NCBI GenBank assembly: GCA_963422375.2
Contig: OY729427.2
Coordinates: 1,056,001-1,120,000, forward strand
Length of the DNA: 64,000 nt
From: Bryobacterales bacterium
GTDB taxonomy: Bacteria > Acidobacteriota > Terriglobia > Bryobacterales > UBA6623
Direction of reading: 5' to 3'
Shown here: in pieces, positions 28,250-41,986 of the stretch
How positions within the stretch are numbered: the stretch's first letter is position 1
Layout: the number at the start of each line of letters is the position of its first letter
The notes under the pieces: generated by a model
Database searches by the model: none
Seen by the model: the letters and a program-made list of their open reading frames with translations, nothing else
What the model was told of the DNA's origin: nothing
Program-made: the position numbers and the translations under genes

Positions 28250-29826
28250 TCACCCGCAGGAGCGCCGCCCGCCAGCAGCGGCGCCAAGGGCTCGCCGCCG
28301 GGCGAGGCCGCGGCCGCGTTGCGGCTGAAGTATCCCGGGTCGAGCCGCTCCACCAGCTTGTTCGTCGGCGCCTCCAGAATCTCGAAGCACGGCTTGGGAT
28401 AGAGCCCGATCCAGAAACAGCCCGCGATCAGGGGCGCCATGACCACGATCTCGCGCAGGTTCATGTCGCGCAGCGCCTCGTTCTTGGGGTTGGTGACCGG
28501 GCCGAGCATGACGCGCTGGAACAGCCACAGCAGGTAGGCGGCGCCAAGCACGATGCCCAGCACGCCGAAGCCCGCCCACACGGGGCTCGCTTCGAACGCG
28601 CCGCGCAGGATGGTGAACTCGCCGATGAAGCCGTTGAGCCCGGGCATGCCCATGGAAGCGAACAGGGCGATGGCGAACAGCACCGTGTACACCGGCATGC
28701 GATTGGCCAGCCCGCCGTAGTCGGCGATCTCGCGCGTGTGCCGCTGGTCGTAGACGATCCCGACGGCGAGGAAGAGCAGCGGGGTGGACAGGCCGTGGTT
28801 CAGACCCTGGAGCATGCCTCCCGCGATGCCGTTCGGGTTCAGCGCGATCAGCCCGAGGGTGCAGAAGCCGAGGTGGCTCACCGATGAGTAGGCCACCAAG
28901 CGCTTCCAGTCCTTCTGCATCAGCGAAACCAGCGCGCCGTACACGATGCCGACGATCGACAGCCCCGCCACCAGCTGCACCGTGAGGTCGTCCGTCGCGC
29001 CCTTGGGGAACATCGGCATGGCGAAGCGCACCAAGCCGTACAGGCCCATCTTCAGCAGGATGCCGGCCAGGATGACCGATCCGGCGGTGGGGGCCTCGGT
29101 GTGCGCGTCGGGCAGCCAAGTGTGGAACGGGAACATCGGGACCTTGACCGCGAAGGCGACGAAGAAGCCCCAGAAGAGCCAGAACTGCATGTCGGGCCCC
29201 GTGTAGGCCGCGACCCGCATCAGGTCCTCCAGCGCGAAGCTGTAGAAGCCGAACTGCTCGAAGTGCCGGAAGTACACCGTCAGCATGGCCAGCAGCATCA
29301 GCACCGAGCCCGCCAGGGTGTACAGGAAGAACTTGATGGCCGCGTACAGACGCTTGCCGCCGCCCCAGATGCCGATGATGAAGTACATCGGCACGAGCAT
29401 GATCTCCCAGAACACGTAAAACAGGAACACGTCGAGCACCATGAAGACGCCGAGCATGCCCGCCTGCAGGAACAGGAAGAACGCGTAGTACTCCTTGACA
29501 CGGTCCTGGATCGAGGACCACGAGCACAGGATCGAGAGCCAGCCGACCACCACGGTCAGCAGGATCATCAGGAATCCGAAGCCGTCGATGCCGAGGTAGT
29601 ACTGAGCGCCCAGGGCCGGGATCCAGTCGTAGCGCTCGACCAGCTGGAAGTCGCCGTTGGCGCTGTCGAAGGCCCGCATCATCGGGATCGTCACCAGCAG
29701 GCCGAGCACAGCGAAGCCGTTCGCCACGTACCGGATGAGATCCTTGCTTTCCTTAGGCAGGCACATGACGGCGAGCATGCCGACCAGCGGGGTCAGCCAG
29801 ATGATGCTCAGAATGTGTTCGCTCAT
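28246..29826 (-). CDS. nuoM: NADH-quinone oxidoreductase subunit M
   Basis: WEIMLVPMY, KVPMFPFHTWLPDAHTEAPTAGS and GMPGLNGFIGEF; lies between nuoL and nuoN. Confidence 0.96.
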   Translation of the reverse strand: MSEHILSIIWLTPLVGMLAVMCLPKESKDLIRYVANGFAVLGLLVTIPMMRAFDSANGDFQLVERYDWIPALGAQYYLGIDGFGFLMILLTVVVGWLSILCSWSSIQDRVKEYYAFFLFLQAGMLGVFMVLDVFLFYVFWEIMLVPMYFIIGIWGGGKRLYAAIKFFLYTLAGSVLMLLAMLTVYFRHFEQFGFYSFALEDLMRVAAYTGPDMQFWLFWGFFVAFAVKVPMFPFHTWLPDAHTEAPTAGSVILAGILLKMGLYGLVRFAMPMFPKGATDDLTVQLVAGLSIVGIVYGALVSLMQKDWKRLVAYSSVSHLGFCTLGLIALNPNGIAGGMLQGLNHGLSTPLLFLAVGIVYDQRHTREIADYGGLANRMPVYTVLFAIALFASMGMPGLNGFIGEFTILRGAFEASPVWAGFGVLGIVLGAAYLLWLFQRVMLGPVTNPKNEALRDMNLREIVVMAPLIAGCFWIGLYPKPCFEILEAPTNKLVERLDPGYFSRNAAAASPGGEPLAPLLAGGAPAGE

Positions 29827-29863
29827 GGTGTGGTGCGCTCCGGACGGTCCCGTCCGCTCTTCC

Positions 29864-31975
<2,112 letters not shown>

Positions 31976-31987
31976 CGCTCTCGCCCC

Positions 31988-32293
31988 CTACCAGCGCAGC
32001 AAGTCGATCTCGTCCGCGTGGACGGTGTGCTTGTTGCGGAACAAGGCGATCAGGATGCCCAGCCCCACGGCCGCCTCGGCGGCCGCCACCGTAATGACGA
32101 AGATGGAGAAGACCTGCCCGTGAACCTGCTGCTGGGACGCCGAGAAGGCCGCCAGGTTGATGTTGACGGCGTTGAGGATCAGCTCGACCGACATCAGCAG
32201 AACCAGGATGTTGCGCCGGGTCAGGATGCCGGTCACGCCGACGAGCAGCAGCAGTGTGCTCAGCACGACATAGTGCGTGGTGGTGACTTCCAT
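31988..32293 (-). CDS. nuoK: NADH-quinone oxidoreductase subunit K
   Basis: RRNILVLLMSVELILNAVN...VAAAEAAVGL; ATG at 32293. Confidence 0.96.
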   Translation of the reverse strand: MEVTTTHYVVLSTLLLLVGVTGILTRRNILVLLMSVELILNAVNINLAAFSASQQQVHGQVFSIFVITVAAAEAAVGLGILIALFRNKHTVHADEIDLLRW

Positions 32294-32319
32294 GGCCGTG
32301 CAGGGGGCGGGGGGGGCTC

Positions 32320-32853
32320 CTAGCTCTCCGTTTCCCGGTTGCGGGCCTTGGACATCACGATGGCCCCGATGATGGCTACCAGCAGGAGGATCGAGGCCAG
32401 CTCGAACGGGAGCAGGTACTCGGAGAAGAGCACCAAGCCGACCTTCTCGGAATTCTCGCTGAGACTGCCCGGGCCGAGCGGGTCGCCGCTGCCCGGATGG
32501 TCCAGCGCGCCGATTCCGCGCACCACGATCAGCGCCAGCATCGCGCTGACCGCGCCCGCGCAGACCAGGGCCGGCCACTTCTGGTTGGAGAACCGCCGCT
32601 GGGCGGATTCCTCCTGCAGCGGCACCAGCATGATGACGAATAGGAACAGGACCATGATCCCGCCGATGTAGACGATCACCTGCACGCCCGCCAGGAACTC
32701 CGCTCCCAACAGCAGGAACAGGCCGGCCACGCCGAGCAGCGTGCTGATCAGCCAAACGGCCGAGTAGACCACGTTGCGACGGGTGATGGTCATCACCGCG
32801 CTGCCGAGAACGAGCGCGGCCAGGGCATAGAAAAAGGCGGTATCAATCAGCAT
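32320..32853 (-). CDS. nuoJ: NADH-quinone oxidoreductase subunit J
   Basis: AEFLAGVQVIVYIGGIMVLFLFVIML and YLLPFELASILLLVAIIGA; ATG at 32853. Confidence 0.96.
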   Translation of the reverse strand: MLIDTAFFYALAALVLGSAVMTITRRNVVYSAVWLISTLLGVAGLFLLLGAEFLAGVQVIVYIGGIMVLFLFVIMLVPLQEESAQRRFSNQKWPALVCAGAVSAMLALIVVRGIGALDHPGSGDPLGPGSLSENSEKVGLVLFSEYLLPFELASILLLVAIIGAIVMSKARNRETES

Positions 32854-32987
32854 GGAAGCTCGGCCCCGGCCGGGCGCGGACACTGAATGAACAGCATATC
32901 ATCACCTGCCTCGGGGCCTCGCCCGGCCCCGCCTCGGTCGCCGGGACGCTCCCCCGGGCGAGGCAACCTCGTCTCTCGCAGGCCCTC

Positions 32988-33461
32988 TCAGTGCGTGTAC
33001 CGCACGGGCAGCGGCCCTTCCTCGAGCATCTGGCGGTCCCAGACCTGGCCCTCTCGGGTGTAGGTGGCCAGCTCGAAATCCTGCGTGAGCTCGAGCGCAT
33101 CCACCGGGCAGGCGTCCTCGCACAGGCCGCAGAACATGCAGCGCGACACGTCGTACGTGAAGGTCGTCAGGTCCTTGCGCTTGGTCTCCTTGTTCCGCTC
33201 GGAGGTGACCACGATCAGCTGCTCCGGGCAGGCCAGCGCGCAGAGATTGCACGAGATGCAGAGCGTCTCGTCCGTCTCGGGATGCGTGTTGAGGCGCGGG
33301 GCCCCGCGGTAGCGCTCGGCCACGGCGGGACGCGCGAGCGGGTACTGCTCAGTGACGACCTTGGAGGGCTTTTGGTTCTTGAAGGTGGTCCACAGTCCCT
33401 TGAGCAGGTCCGTGAGCAGGAAGGTTCGGATCAGGCTGGCCACTTGGTACCCCGCTTTCAT
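32988..33461 (-). CDS. nuoI: NADH-quinone oxidoreductase subunit I (2x[4Fe-4S])
   Basis: TEQYP...RYRG, CISCNLCALACP and CMFCGLCEDACP; ATG at 33461. Confidence 0.96.
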   Translation of the reverse strand: MKAGYQVASLIRTFLLTDLLKGLWTTFKNQKPSKVVTEQYPLARPAVAERYRGAPRLNTHPETDETLCISCNLCALACPEQLIVVTSERNKETKRKDLTTFTYDVSRCMFCGLCEDACPVDALELTQDFELATYTREGQVWDRQMLEEGPLPVRYTH

Positions 33462-33481
33462 TGTCGCACCGGCGGGCCCGC

Positions 33482-34663
33482 CTAGCCTCGGGCGAGCAGC
33501 TGGACCACGCCGTTGAGGATCAGGCCCGCCATGCTGATGGGGATGAGCCATTTCCAGCCCACATCCATGAGCTGGTCGTAGCGGAACCGCGGGAAGGTGC
33601 CGCGATACCAGATGAACAGGTAGACCATCACGGCCAGCTTGCAAGCGAACCAGAACAGCCCGATCACCAGCGGATTCGCCTGGGGCACCACGAAGAGCGC
33701 CCCCGCCAGCAGGAACGCGCCGGCGAGGGCGGCCATCACGAGGCGGAATCCGGCGACGACCTGCTTCCGGACGCCCTTCAGGCATCCGAGCGCTATCAGC
33801 CCGAAGAGCGCCGCCGGGAACACCGTGTTGAGCGGCGTCTCGAGCAAGGCGACATTCGGGAAGGGCCTCAGCCAGCCGCCGAAGAAGAGCGTCACGCAAA
33901 GGGCGCTGATCACGACGATCGCCGCGTACTCAGCCAGGAAGAACAGGGCCCAGCGGAAGCCCGAGTATTCCGTGTGAAACCCGGCCACGAGCTCCGACTC
34001 GGCTTCGGGCAGGTCGAAGGGCGCGCGGTTCGTCTCCGCCGTCGCGGCGATGATGAACAGCGCCGTCGGGACGAGCATCAGCCCGTAGTTGTCGAAAGCG
34101 CCCCACCAGCCGCGCTGGAGCTGCGCCTCGATCACGCCCTGCATCGAGAGCGTGCCGGCGCACATGATCGCGGTCACGGTGGCGAACCCGAGGGGCACCT
34201 CGTAGCTCACCATCTGCGCCGCCGCGCGCAGCGAGCCCATCAGCGAGTACTTGGAATTCGCCGACCACCCGCCGAGAATCAGGCCCAGCGCGCCTATGGA
34301 CGACATCGCGAGGACGAACAGGATGCCGATGTTGACGTCGGCCACGTACAGCCGGTCGCTGAGGGGCAGGACCGCGAACGCCGACAGGGCCGTGAAAGTC
34401 GACAGCACCGGCGCCAGCCAGAAGATCCACTTGTCCGCCCGAGCCGGGATCACGTCCTCCTTGAGCATTAGCTTCAGCGCGTCCGCCAACGGCTGCAGGG
34501 CGCCGTAGGGCCCGACGCGCATCGGCCCCAGCCGCACCTGCAGGTCGGCCAGCACCTTGCGCTCGGCCAGCACGATGTACCCCGCGACCAGCGGGAACAC
34601 GAGAATGATCGCGACCGTCAGGACGAGCGGCGGCACGTAGGGGTTGGCAAGCAGTTCTTCCAT
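33482..34663 (-). CDS. nuoH: NADH-quinone oxidoreductase subunit H
   Basis: ERKVLA..Q.RLGP.RVG, QPLADALKL..KED, AETNRAPFDLPEAESELVAG and PRFRYDQLM; ATG at 34663. Confidence 0.97.
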   Translation of the reverse strand: MEELLANPYVPPLVLTVAIILVFPLVAGYIVLAERKVLADLQVRLGPMRVGPYGALQPLADALKLMLKEDVIPARADKWIFWLAPVLSTFTALSAFAVLPLSDRLYVADVNIGILFVLAMSSIGALGLILGGWSANSKYSLMGSLRAAAQMVSYEVPLGFATVTAIMCAGTLSMQGVIEAQLQRGWWGAFDNYGLMLVPTALFIIAATAETNRAPFDLPEAESELVAGFHTEYSGFRWALFFLAEYAAIVVISALCVTLFFGGWLRPFPNVALLETPLNTVFPAALFGLIALGCLKGVRKQVVAGFRLVMAALAGAFLLAGALFVVPQANPLVIGLFWFACKLAVMVYLFIWYRGTFPRFRYDQLMDVGWKWLIPISMAGLILNGVVQLLARG

Positions 34664-34671
34664 GGCGGATC

Positions 34672-35814
34672 CTAGCGGTCCACTTCGCCCAGCACGATGT
34701 CGATGGTGCCGATGATCGCGACGACATCGGCGATCAGGGTGCCCCGGCACATCTTGTCGAGTGCTCCCAGGTTGACGAAGGAAGGCGGCCGCACGCGGAC
34801 GCGATACGGGTTCAGCGAGCCGTCGCTCACGACGTAGTAGCCGAGCTCGCCTTTCGGGGCCTCGATCGACACGTAGGCCTCGCCCGGCGGCGGCTTGATC
34901 ACCTTGCCGACCTTGCCCTTGATGGGCCCCTCGGGGAGGGCCTCCGCCGCCTGGCGAACGATGCGGCAGGACTGCTCCATCTCCTGCATGCGAACGATGT
35001 AGCGGTCGAACGTATCGCCGTTCGCGGCCGTCGGAATTTCGAAGTCGTACTTCTCGTACCCGCAGTAGGGCTGGGCCTTGCGCAGGTCCCACGCGACGCC
35101 GGCCGCGCGGAGCAGGGGCCCCGTCACGCCGTAGTCCTTGCAGCCCGCCGCGTCGAGGATGCCCACGCCCTTGGTGCGGTTGACCCAGATGCGGTTGCCG
35201 GTGAGCAGGTCGTGGTATTCCTGGACCTTCGCCTGCATGAGGTCGCAGAACGCCAGGCACTCCTGCTCGAACGTGTCGTAGGTCTCGTACTGCAGGCCGC
35301 CGATGCGGAAGGCGTGCGTGGTCAGGCGGGCGCCGCAGTAGCTCTCGAAGATCTTGAGGACCTCCTCGCGCTCGCGGAAGCACAGGAAGACCGGGGTGAT
35401 GGCCCCGATGTCGAGCGCGTGGGTGCCCAGCCAGAGCAGGTGCGAGGCGATACGGTTGAGTTCCGTCAGGATCACGCGGACGGCCTGGGCGCGGGGCGGG
35501 ATCTCCACGTCGAGCAGCTTCTCGACGGCCATGCAGTAGCCGAGGCCGTTCGAGACGGCCGCCACGTAGTCCATACGGTCCACGTACGGCGCGAATTGCT
35601 GGTAGGTGCGGTTCTCCGCGATCTTCTCCACGCCGCGGTGGAGGTAGCCGATCACGCAGTCCGCGCCCAGGACGGTCTCGCCGTCCAGCTTGAGGATCAC
35701 CCGCAGGACGCCGTGGGTCGACGGGTGCTGCGGACCCATGTTCAGGACCAGCTCGTTGCTGTCGAGGAACGTCGCTTCCGCGGCGGGCGGGGGAGCGAGG
35801 GCGGTCGCTGCCAT
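34672..35814 (-). CDS. nuoD: NADH-quinone oxidoreductase subunit D
   Basis: [33 protein letters not shown] and C-terminal [12 protein letters not shown] at 35814. Confidence 0.97.
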   Translation of the reverse strand: MAATALAPPPAAEATFLDSNELVLNMGPQHPSTHGVLRVILKLDGETVLGADCVIGYLHRGVEKIAENRTYQQFAPYVDRMDYVAAVSNGLGYCMAVEKLLDVEIPPRAQAVRVILTELNRIASHLLWLGTHALDIGAITPVFLCFREREEVLKIFESYCGARLTTHAFRIGGLQYETYDTFEQECLAFCDLMQAKVQEYHDLLTGNRIWVNRTKGVGILDAAGCKDYGVTGPLLRAAGVAWDLRKAQPYCGYEKYDFEIPTAANGDTFDRYIVRMQEMEQSCRIVRQAAEALPEGPIKGKVGKVIKPPPGEAYVSIEAPKGELGYYVVSDGSLNPYRVRVRPPSFVNLGALDKMCRGTLIADVVAIIGTIDIVLGEVDR

Positions 35815-36434
35815 TACTGTGCGCTCTCGATCTTGAGATTCTCGCGGACCCAGTCGGCGTCCTGCTGGACAATGCCGTACTCTTTGCGGAGCGGGAACCC
35901 CGCCCATTCGTCCGGCATGAGAATCCGGCGCAGGTCGGGGTGACCGTCGAATTCTATGCCGAACATGTCGTACACCTCGCGCTCCAGCCAGTTCGCCGCG
36001 CTGTACAGTGACGTGGCCGTCGGGGCCTTCTCGCCCTCCTCGAGCGTCGTCTTGACGCGGACGCGCTCGTTCGAGGCGAACGAGTAGACGATCCACACGA
36101 CTTCGAACTGGCGCCCCTTCGTGGGCCAGTGGACGGCGGTCAGGTCGACCAAGTAGTCGAAACCGTGGTCGTCGCGGAGCGATCGGAGGACATCCCCGGC
36201 GGAGGCGAGGGAGACCGCGGCGAGCTTCTGGCCGCCCAGAAGTCTGGTGCTCTCGATGCCGGTTCCGAAGCGGGCCCGGAGCTCGTCGGGCACGGCCCCC
36301 TCCCACGCGGCCGAGGGCATCTCGGCCGGCTTTCTCCGGGCCGCCGGGCGGGCAGCCCTCGCAGGCCTGCCTGCCTTAGCCGAGCGCCGCGGTGGCGGGG
36401 GCTTGCCCCCCGGGGGCGAAGTGGAATCGGGCAT
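35814..36434 (-). CDS. nuoC: NADH-quinone oxidoreductase subunit C with Pro/Ala/Arg-rich N-terminal tail
   Basis: [33 protein letters not shown]...PLRKEY; likely ATG at 36434. Confidence 0.94.
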   Translation of the reverse strand: MPDSTSPPGGKPPPPRRSAKAGRPARAARPAARRKPAEMPSAAWEGAVPDELRARFGTGIESTRLLGGQKLAAVSLASAGDVLRSLRDDHGFDYLVDLTAVHWPTKGRQFEVVWIVYSFASNERVRVKTTLEEGEKAPTATSLYSAANWLEREVYDMFGIEFDGHPDLRRILMPDEWAGFPLRKEYGIVQQDADWVRENLKIESAQ

Positions 36435-36987
36435 AGGGGCAGGTCGAGCGGCCCGGTCCACGCCCGGCCCGCTGCATTCCAGTGCATCATACCAGCCGCC
36501 AGCGACGCAATCGGCGACCGCCGGGCCGCCGCGCGGACCCTCGAGCATCGAGACGCACGACCGCGGGAGTCCGGACGCAGCCAGGCTGAGCCTTCCCCGG
36601 CACTCCGGCCGGAAGCACGCCCTCGGGGAGGCCGCGAAGTCGCGCCGACCGCCCGCTAGCCCGCGGAGCGGCGGAGCGGCGGAGGCACTGGCACCCGGAA
36701 CGTCCCAGCCCGACCTCGGCCTCCCGACACGCCCCCGAGACGCGATCAGTCCGCGGCGCCCGCAACCCGGGCCGCCACGGCCCGGGGGCTTTATCGCGAC
36801 GCGATCCATGCATCGGCCTTGGAGCAGGCCCCGCCTGCGACGCAGGACCGGCCCCCCGGCTCCCCGAATTCGATTGCCCGACCGCGAGGGGCGGTGCGAA
36901 AATAGGAGTGCCTGCTCCCGTCGCGGCCGCCGGATGGCAGGGCCCGGCCTGACGCGGCGACCCCGCGCGCGCGATGCTGCCAACCAG

Positions 36988-39684
36988 ATGAACTCCTTTT
37001 CGACTAAGTCCGCTGTCTCGGTCCGCGGCACGACTCACTCTTATCACTGCGTACGGGATCTGGCCGGCCGAGCGACGGCCCGCCTGCCCTACTCGCTCAA
37101 GATCCTGCTCGAGAATCTCCTCCGCCACGAGGACGGCGGTACGGTAAGCGCGGCCGACGTGGAAGCGCTACTCGCCTGGGACCCCCAGGCCTCGCCGTCC
37201 CGGGAAATCGCGTACCGGCCCGCTCGCGTGCTGATGCAGGACTTCACGGGCGTGCCCGCCGTCGTCGACCTAGCGGCCATGCGCGACGCGATGCTGCGGA
37301 TGGGGGGCGACCCCGCTAGCATCAACCCGCTCCAGCCCGTCGACCTCGTCATCGACCATTCGGTGCAGGTCGACCGCTTCGGGTCGCGGGACGCCGTGTC
37401 GCTGAACAGCCTGGTGGAGTACCAGCGCAACCGCGAGCGCTACACCTTCCTCAAGTGGGGCCAGAAGGCGTTCCGCAACTTCCGCGTGGTGCCTCCCGAG
37501 ACCGGCATCGTGCATCAGGTCAACCTCGAGTACCTGGCGAAGGTGGCATTCGCCTACACGGACGGGGACGAGCGCTGGGTTTGCCCCGACACGCTGGTCG
37601 GCACGGATTCGCACACCACGATGATCAACGGCCTGGGCGTGCTGGGCTGGGGCGTAGGCGGAATCGAGGCCGAGGCCAGCATGCTCGGCCAGCCGGTCTC
37701 GATGCTGATCCCTCAGGTGGTGGGCTTCGAGCTGCGCGGGCGGCTCGCCGAGGGCGCTACCGCGACCGATCTCGTGCTCACCGTGGTGCAGATGCTGCGC
37801 GCCCGCGGCGTGGTCGGCAAGTTCGTGGAGTTCTGCGGCGACGGCCTCGACGATCTGCCCCTGGCGGACCGGGCGACGATCGCCAACATGGCTCCCGAGT
37901 ACGGCGCGACCTGCGGGCTCTTCCCGGTCGACGCGGAAGCGCTCGCCTACTTGCGCCTGAGCGGGCGCTCGGAAGACGAGGTGAGTCTGGTCGAGGCCTA
38001 CTCCAAGGCCCAGGGCTTCTTCCGCTCGCCGGGCACCGCCCAAGCCGACTATTCCGACAAGCTGTCCTTGGACATGACGGACGTGGTGCCCTCGATCGCC
38101 GGCCCGAAGCGCCCCCAGGACCGTATCGCCCTGCGCGATGCGTCCAAGTCTTTCGCTGCCCTGCTGGGGGAGTCGTCCGGACCAGCGGCAGGGGGCGGGG
38201 GCGGCACGGCCGTGGCCGGTGCGAAGGCAGCGGTCCGGACAGTCATCCGCCAATCGGAGTGCGAGCTGCGACACGGCGCGGTGGTGATCGCCGCAATCAC
38301 CAGCTGCACCAACACGTCCAACCCCGCCGTGATGGTGGGCGCCGGACTGGTGGCGAAGAAGGCTGTCGAGAAGGGCCTGCAGGTCAAGCCCTGGGTCAAG
38401 ACGAGCCTAGCCCCCGGATCGAAGGTGGTCACGGACTACCTTGCCAAGTCCGGGCTCGACACCTACCTGGACATGCTCGGATTCAACCTCGTCGGCTACG
38501 GCTGCACAACCTGCATCGGCAACTCGGGGCCCCTGCCTCCCGAGGTGTCCGAGGCGATTCGCGCCGGCGACCTGGTCGTGGCCTCCGTGCTGTCGGGAAA
38601 CCGCAACTTCGAGGGGCGCGTCCATTCGGAGATCCGCGCCAACTATCTCGCCTCGCCGCCTTTGGTTGTGGCCTACGCCATCGCGGGCAGCATGGAAGCG
38701 GACATGGCGAGCGACCCGCTCGGCACGGACCTGCAGGGCAGACCCGTGTACCTGCGCGACCTGTGGCCGTCGCAGGCCGAGATTTCCGGCATCGTCGGAT
38801 CGGTCGTCGATTCCGCGATGTTCCGCTCCAGCTACATCGACGTCTACCGAGGCACCGCGCGCTGGCGCGCGCTCGGAGCGGCCGGCTCGGCGCTGTTCGG
38901 GTGGGACGACGACTCGAGCTACGTGCGGCGGCCGCCCTATTTCGAGGGCATGGGGCCCGAGCCCGGCGAAGTCTCGGACATCGCGGGCGCGAGGGCGCTC
39001 GCGGTCCTAGGCGACAGCGTCACCACGGACCACATCTCCCCGGCCGGGGCCATCAAGGCCGACAGCCCGGCCGGCGCGTACCTGCTCGGACGCGGGATCG
39101 AGCCGAAGGACTTCAACTCTTTCGGGTCGCGGCGCGGCAACCACGAGGTGATGATGCGCGGGACGTTCGGCAACGTCCGCCTGCGCAACCTCCTGGCACC
39201 GGGCACCGAGGGCGGCTTCACCCGCCACCTGCCGGGAGGCGACCAGCTCCCGATCTTCGACGCAGCGATGCGCTACCGCCAGGAGGGCACGCCTCTGATC
39301 GTGCTCGCCGGGCACGAGTACGGCACCGGCTCGTCCCGCGACTGGGCGGCGAAGGGTCCGGCCTTGCTGGGAGTTCGGGCCGTGATCGCCGCCAGCTACG
39401 AGCGGATTCACCGCTCGAACCTTGTCGGCATGGGCGTGCTCCCGCTCCAGTTCCCGGAAGGCGAGGACCGCCGCTCGCTCGGCCTGACCGGGCGCGAGAC
39501 GTTCGCGATCCAAGGCCTGGCCGGCGGGCCGTCCGGCGTTGCTCGCGTCGAGGCCGTTCCCGACGGCGGGGGCGAGCCGATATCGTTCGACGCACGGGTC
39601 CGCATCGACACTCCCATGGAAGCCGAGTACTACCGGCACGGCGGCATCCTGCATTACGTCCTGCGGCGGATGCGGCTCCCGTGA
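36988..39684 (+). CDS. acnA: Aconitate hydratase A
   Basis: [57 protein letters not shown] and [13 protein letters not shown] at 36988. Confidence 0.98.
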   Translation: MNSFSTKSAVSVRGTTHSYHCVRDLAGRATARLPYSLKILLENLLRHEDGGTVSAADVEALLAWDPQASPSREIAYRPARVLMQDFTGVPAVVDLAAMRDAMLRMGGDPASINPLQPVDLVIDHSVQVDRFGSRDAVSLNSLVEYQRNRERYTFLKWGQKAFRNFRVVPPETGIVHQVNLEYLAKVAFAYTDGDERWVCPDTLVGTDSHTTMINGLGVLGWGVGGIEAEASMLGQPVSMLIPQVVGFELRGRLAEGATATDLVLTVVQMLRARGVVGKFVEFCGDGLDDLPLADRATIANMAPEYGATCGLFPVDAEALAYLRLSGRSEDEVSLVEAYSKAQGFFRSPGTAQADYSDKLSLDMTDVVPSIAGPKRPQDRIALRDASKSFAALLGESSGPAAGGGGGTAVAGAKAAVRTVIRQSECELRHGAVVIAAITSCTNTSNPAVMVGAGLVAKKAVEKGLQVKPWVKTSLAPGSKVVTDYLAKSGLDTYLDMLGFNLVGYGCTTCIGNSGPLPPEVSEAIRAGDLVVASVLSGNRNFEGRVHSEIRANYLASPPLVVAYAIAGSMEADMASDPLGTDLQGRPVYLRDLWPSQAEISGIVGSVVDSAMFRSSYIDVYRGTARWRALGAAGSALFGWDDDSSYVRRPPYFEGMGPEPGEVSDIAGARALAVLGDSVTTDHISPAGAIKADSPAGAYLLGRGIEPKDFNSFGSRRGNHEVMMRGTFGNVRLRNLLAPGTEGGFTRHLPGGDQLPIFDAAMRYRQEGTPLIVLAGHEYGTGSSRDWAAKGPALLGVRAVIAASYERIHRSNLVGMGVLPLQFPEGEDRRSLGLTGRETFAIQGLAGGPSGVARVEAVPDGGGEPISFDARVRIDTPMEAEYYRHGGILHYVLRRMRLP

Positions 39685-40481
39685 GCGGATCCGCCCGGCC
39701 CGGAGGCGCGTCCGGAGAGCCCGGGCAGGCGGGGCGGTGGCAGGACAACCTCCGCGTCGTCCTAGTCGCCTCCCGGAACTCGCTCAACATCGGCGCCGCA
39801 GCGCGCGCGATGTACAACTTCGGCTTCGCCGACCTGTGGTGCGTCCGCCCTTACGAGCTCGCCTTCCGGAATGCGCGCTCGGCCGCCGGGGCGGCCCCCG
39901 TCCTGCAGCGGGCCGGGGTGACTCGCGACTTGGCCGAGGCCGTCGGCGACGCCGAGCTCGTCGTCGGAAGCAGCGACCTGGAAGCGCGCAAGCAACGCCA
40001 CGTGCGCCGCGAGCTGCCCGCGGCAGCCGCCTCGGTCCGGACCCACCTGGAGACGCGCAGGGCGGCCCTGGTGTTCGGCTCGGAAAAGACCGGCCTGTCC
40101 AACGCGGACCTCAGCCACTGCGACTGGGTCCTCTCTATCCCGACCAGCGCCGCGTGCCCGTCGATGAATCTCGGCCAGGCCGTGGCGGTGTGCTGCTACG
40201 AGATCGCGCGCAACGCCGCTCCGCAGGCCGCGCTGCAGACGCCCGCGGGCGTGAGCGCGGGGGTCCGGGAGCGCATCCTCGGAGCCCTGCTGCCGGTCCT
40301 GCGGGCCTCGGGCTTCCTGCGCGAGGACGGCGCCGAGGGCCAGTCCAGGAAGCTCCGGCGATTCGTCAGCCGCCTGCGGCTCGCGCCGGAGGACGCGCGC
40401 ATGCTGCTGGCCATCCTGCGGCAGATCGACTGGAAGCTGCGCAACTCGTGCCGAAGCGCGAGCAATTCGCCGCGCTCATAG
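39681..40481 (+). CDS. TrmJ/LasT family SPOUT RNA methyltransferase
   Basis: [25 protein letters not shown] and [12 protein letters not shown] start overlaps the acnA stop. Confidence 0.9.
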   Translation: MSGSARPGGASGEPGQAGRWQDNLRVVLVASRNSLNIGAAARAMYNFGFADLWCVRPYELAFRNARSAAGAAPVLQRAGVTRDLAEAVGDAELVVGSSDLEARKQRHVRRELPAAAASVRTHLETRRAALVFGSEKTGLSNADLSHCDWVLSIPTSAACPSMNLGQAVAVCCYEIARNAAPQAALQTPAGVSAGVRERILGALLPVLRASGFLREDGAEGQSRKLRRFVSRLRLAPEDARMLLAILRQIDWKLRNSCRSASNSPRS

Positions 40482-41765
40482 GAGGTGGTCCGGAAGCCCT
40501 TGGGCGGGCCTCCCCGGCGCCAGGACGGGCGCGGGACGCCCCCGCGGATCCGAGCCGCCGGGAGACGCCTGCCCGGCCTTGCCGCGCGACGGTCCTCGCG
40601 TCCCCCGCGCTAGGTCGGGGGGCGCAGCAGGCGCGGCATCCGCTTGCGGCGCGGCGGCCGGCGCCGGAGCGCTCGCGGGCGCGCCCCAGTCGAGAGCCCG
40701 GAGGTAGGGGCCGAGCCAGAAGACACGGTTGCGACGGTGCCCGGTAACCTCTTCCAGAACCCCCAGATCCGCAAGCCGCGCCACGAGGGTGTTGGCCGCG
40801 ACATAGGATGTACCGGTGATTCGCTGCACGTCCGCGACGGTCGCGACCGGCTGCCGGAACAGCCGGTCCAGGACGACGAGGGCCTTCGGCAGGGCGTAGC
40901 CGAGGTTCGCCGCAAGGTCCGCCCTGAGATCCTCCCGCAGGGACGCGCATCGCGCGAGCGAGCCCGCCGCCCCGGCGGACGCCTCGGCGACGCAGCGGAG
41001 GAAGAAGCCGGTCCACTCGGACCACGCGCCGGAACGGGCAGCCGAGCCCAGGCGGTCGCGGTACTCGCCGGGGCGACGGCGGAAGACGACGGACAGCGGC
41101 ACGGCGGTGCCGCATTGAACCGCCAGATCCACCACCGCGACCGCCCGGCCGGTCCGTCCGGCAGCGGCGCCGAACGGACCGGCGAGCTCCGTCGACGCCA
41201 GAGCCAGGCCGGTGCGGACGACCGCCGGCAAGCCGCCGTCGCCGACGAGCGCGGCTGCGACCCGCCGGAAGAACGCCCCTCTCCGCGGCGGCCCGGCGGA
41301 GGCGCTCCCGGCGGGCTCCGGCGAGACGGCCGCGCCGCCTTCGCCGTCCTTCCCCGAGCCGTCGGTCTCCCGGAGCCCGCGGGCGCAATCCTCGAGCGCA
41401 CCCGGCGAGAGCGCATCCTCGAGCGGCCGCCCGAGCGCTGCGTCCAGGGCCCTGAAGCAGCGCGCTGCGGCCGCGCTCTTCCTGCCGGCGCCCGGAACGG
41501 CCAGGCCGGCCTCGACCGCCAGCAGGTCGGGCAGCGACGGGCTACCGCCGTCCAGAATGCAGGACGCGACCGCCTCCTGGCGGAGCAGCATGCGGGCGAG
41601 CGCGCCGCGGCCGGGCAGCGCGGCCGCTGCCCCCGCCAAGCGGCAGAGCGCGCGATCGGCTTGCCGCGCGGCCGCCTCGAGCTCGCGGGTCCAAGCCAGC
41701 GACCGCTCGCCCGGGAAACCGGCACTTCCGGCCGGCGCGTCCCGGCCGCCGACGGCTAGAGCCAT
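40476..41765 (-). CDS. Fic family protein with degenerate active site and C-terminal winged HTH
   Basis: Fic N-terminal-like QEAVASCILDG; the Fic motif position reads GPFGAAAGRTGR; C-terminus TGTSYVAANTLV.RL.DLGVLEEVTGHRRNRVF. Likely ATG at 41765. Confidence 0.8.
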   Translation of the reverse strand: MALAVGGRDAPAGSAGFPGERSLAWTRELEAAARQADRALCRLAGAAAALPGRGALARMLLRQEAVASCILDGGSPSLPDLLAVEAGLAVPGAGRKSAAAARCFRALDAALGRPLEDALSPGALEDCARGLRETDGSGKDGEGGAAVSPEPAGSASAGPPRRGAFFRRVAAALVGDGGLPAVVRTGLALASTELAGPFGAAAGRTGRAVAVVDLAVQCGTAVPLSVVFRRRPGEYRDRLGSAARSGAWSEWTGFFLRCVAEASAGAAGSLARCASLREDLRADLAANLGYALPKALVVLDRLFRQPVATVADVQRITGTSYVAANTLVARLADLGVLEEVTGHRRNRVFWLGPYLRALDWGAPASAPAPAAAPQADAAPAAPPDLARGTRGPSRGKAGQASPGGSDPRGRPAPVLAPGRPAQGLPDHLL

Positions 41766-41980
41766 ACCCGCGCCCCGCGGGGCGGCCGCGCAACGGGCCC
41801 GCCCCGGTCCGAGCCGCCGCACGGCGCAAGGAAGACTTGCGCAAAACCGTGCATGGCAGAAATGTAGCACGAATCCGTACGGTCTGCGCAAAAGGCAGGT
41901 TTAAGCAAGCCGGACTTCAAGCCGCGGACCCCGGGGGCGCCGCCGGCCTCGGACCGAAGCGACGGCCGCGGCCGAGAGTG

Positions 41981-41986
41981 TAGAAT
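41981..41986 (+). promoter_or_regulatory. -10-like box TAGAAT upstream of the acyl-CoA dehydrogenase pair
   Basis: gtgTAGAATagtt lies 11 nt before ATG 41998 with no SD, consistent with a very short leader. Confidence 0.4.

Noticed and set aside
36247..36987. Apparent 247-aa N-terminal extension of aconitase (likewise the extended starts of nuoC/D/H/I/K, lctP, PhoD and the 1008-aa ORF ending at 40481)
   Set aside because: Low-complexity read-through from stop-poor GC-rich sequence; family homology begins at the downstream starts given.
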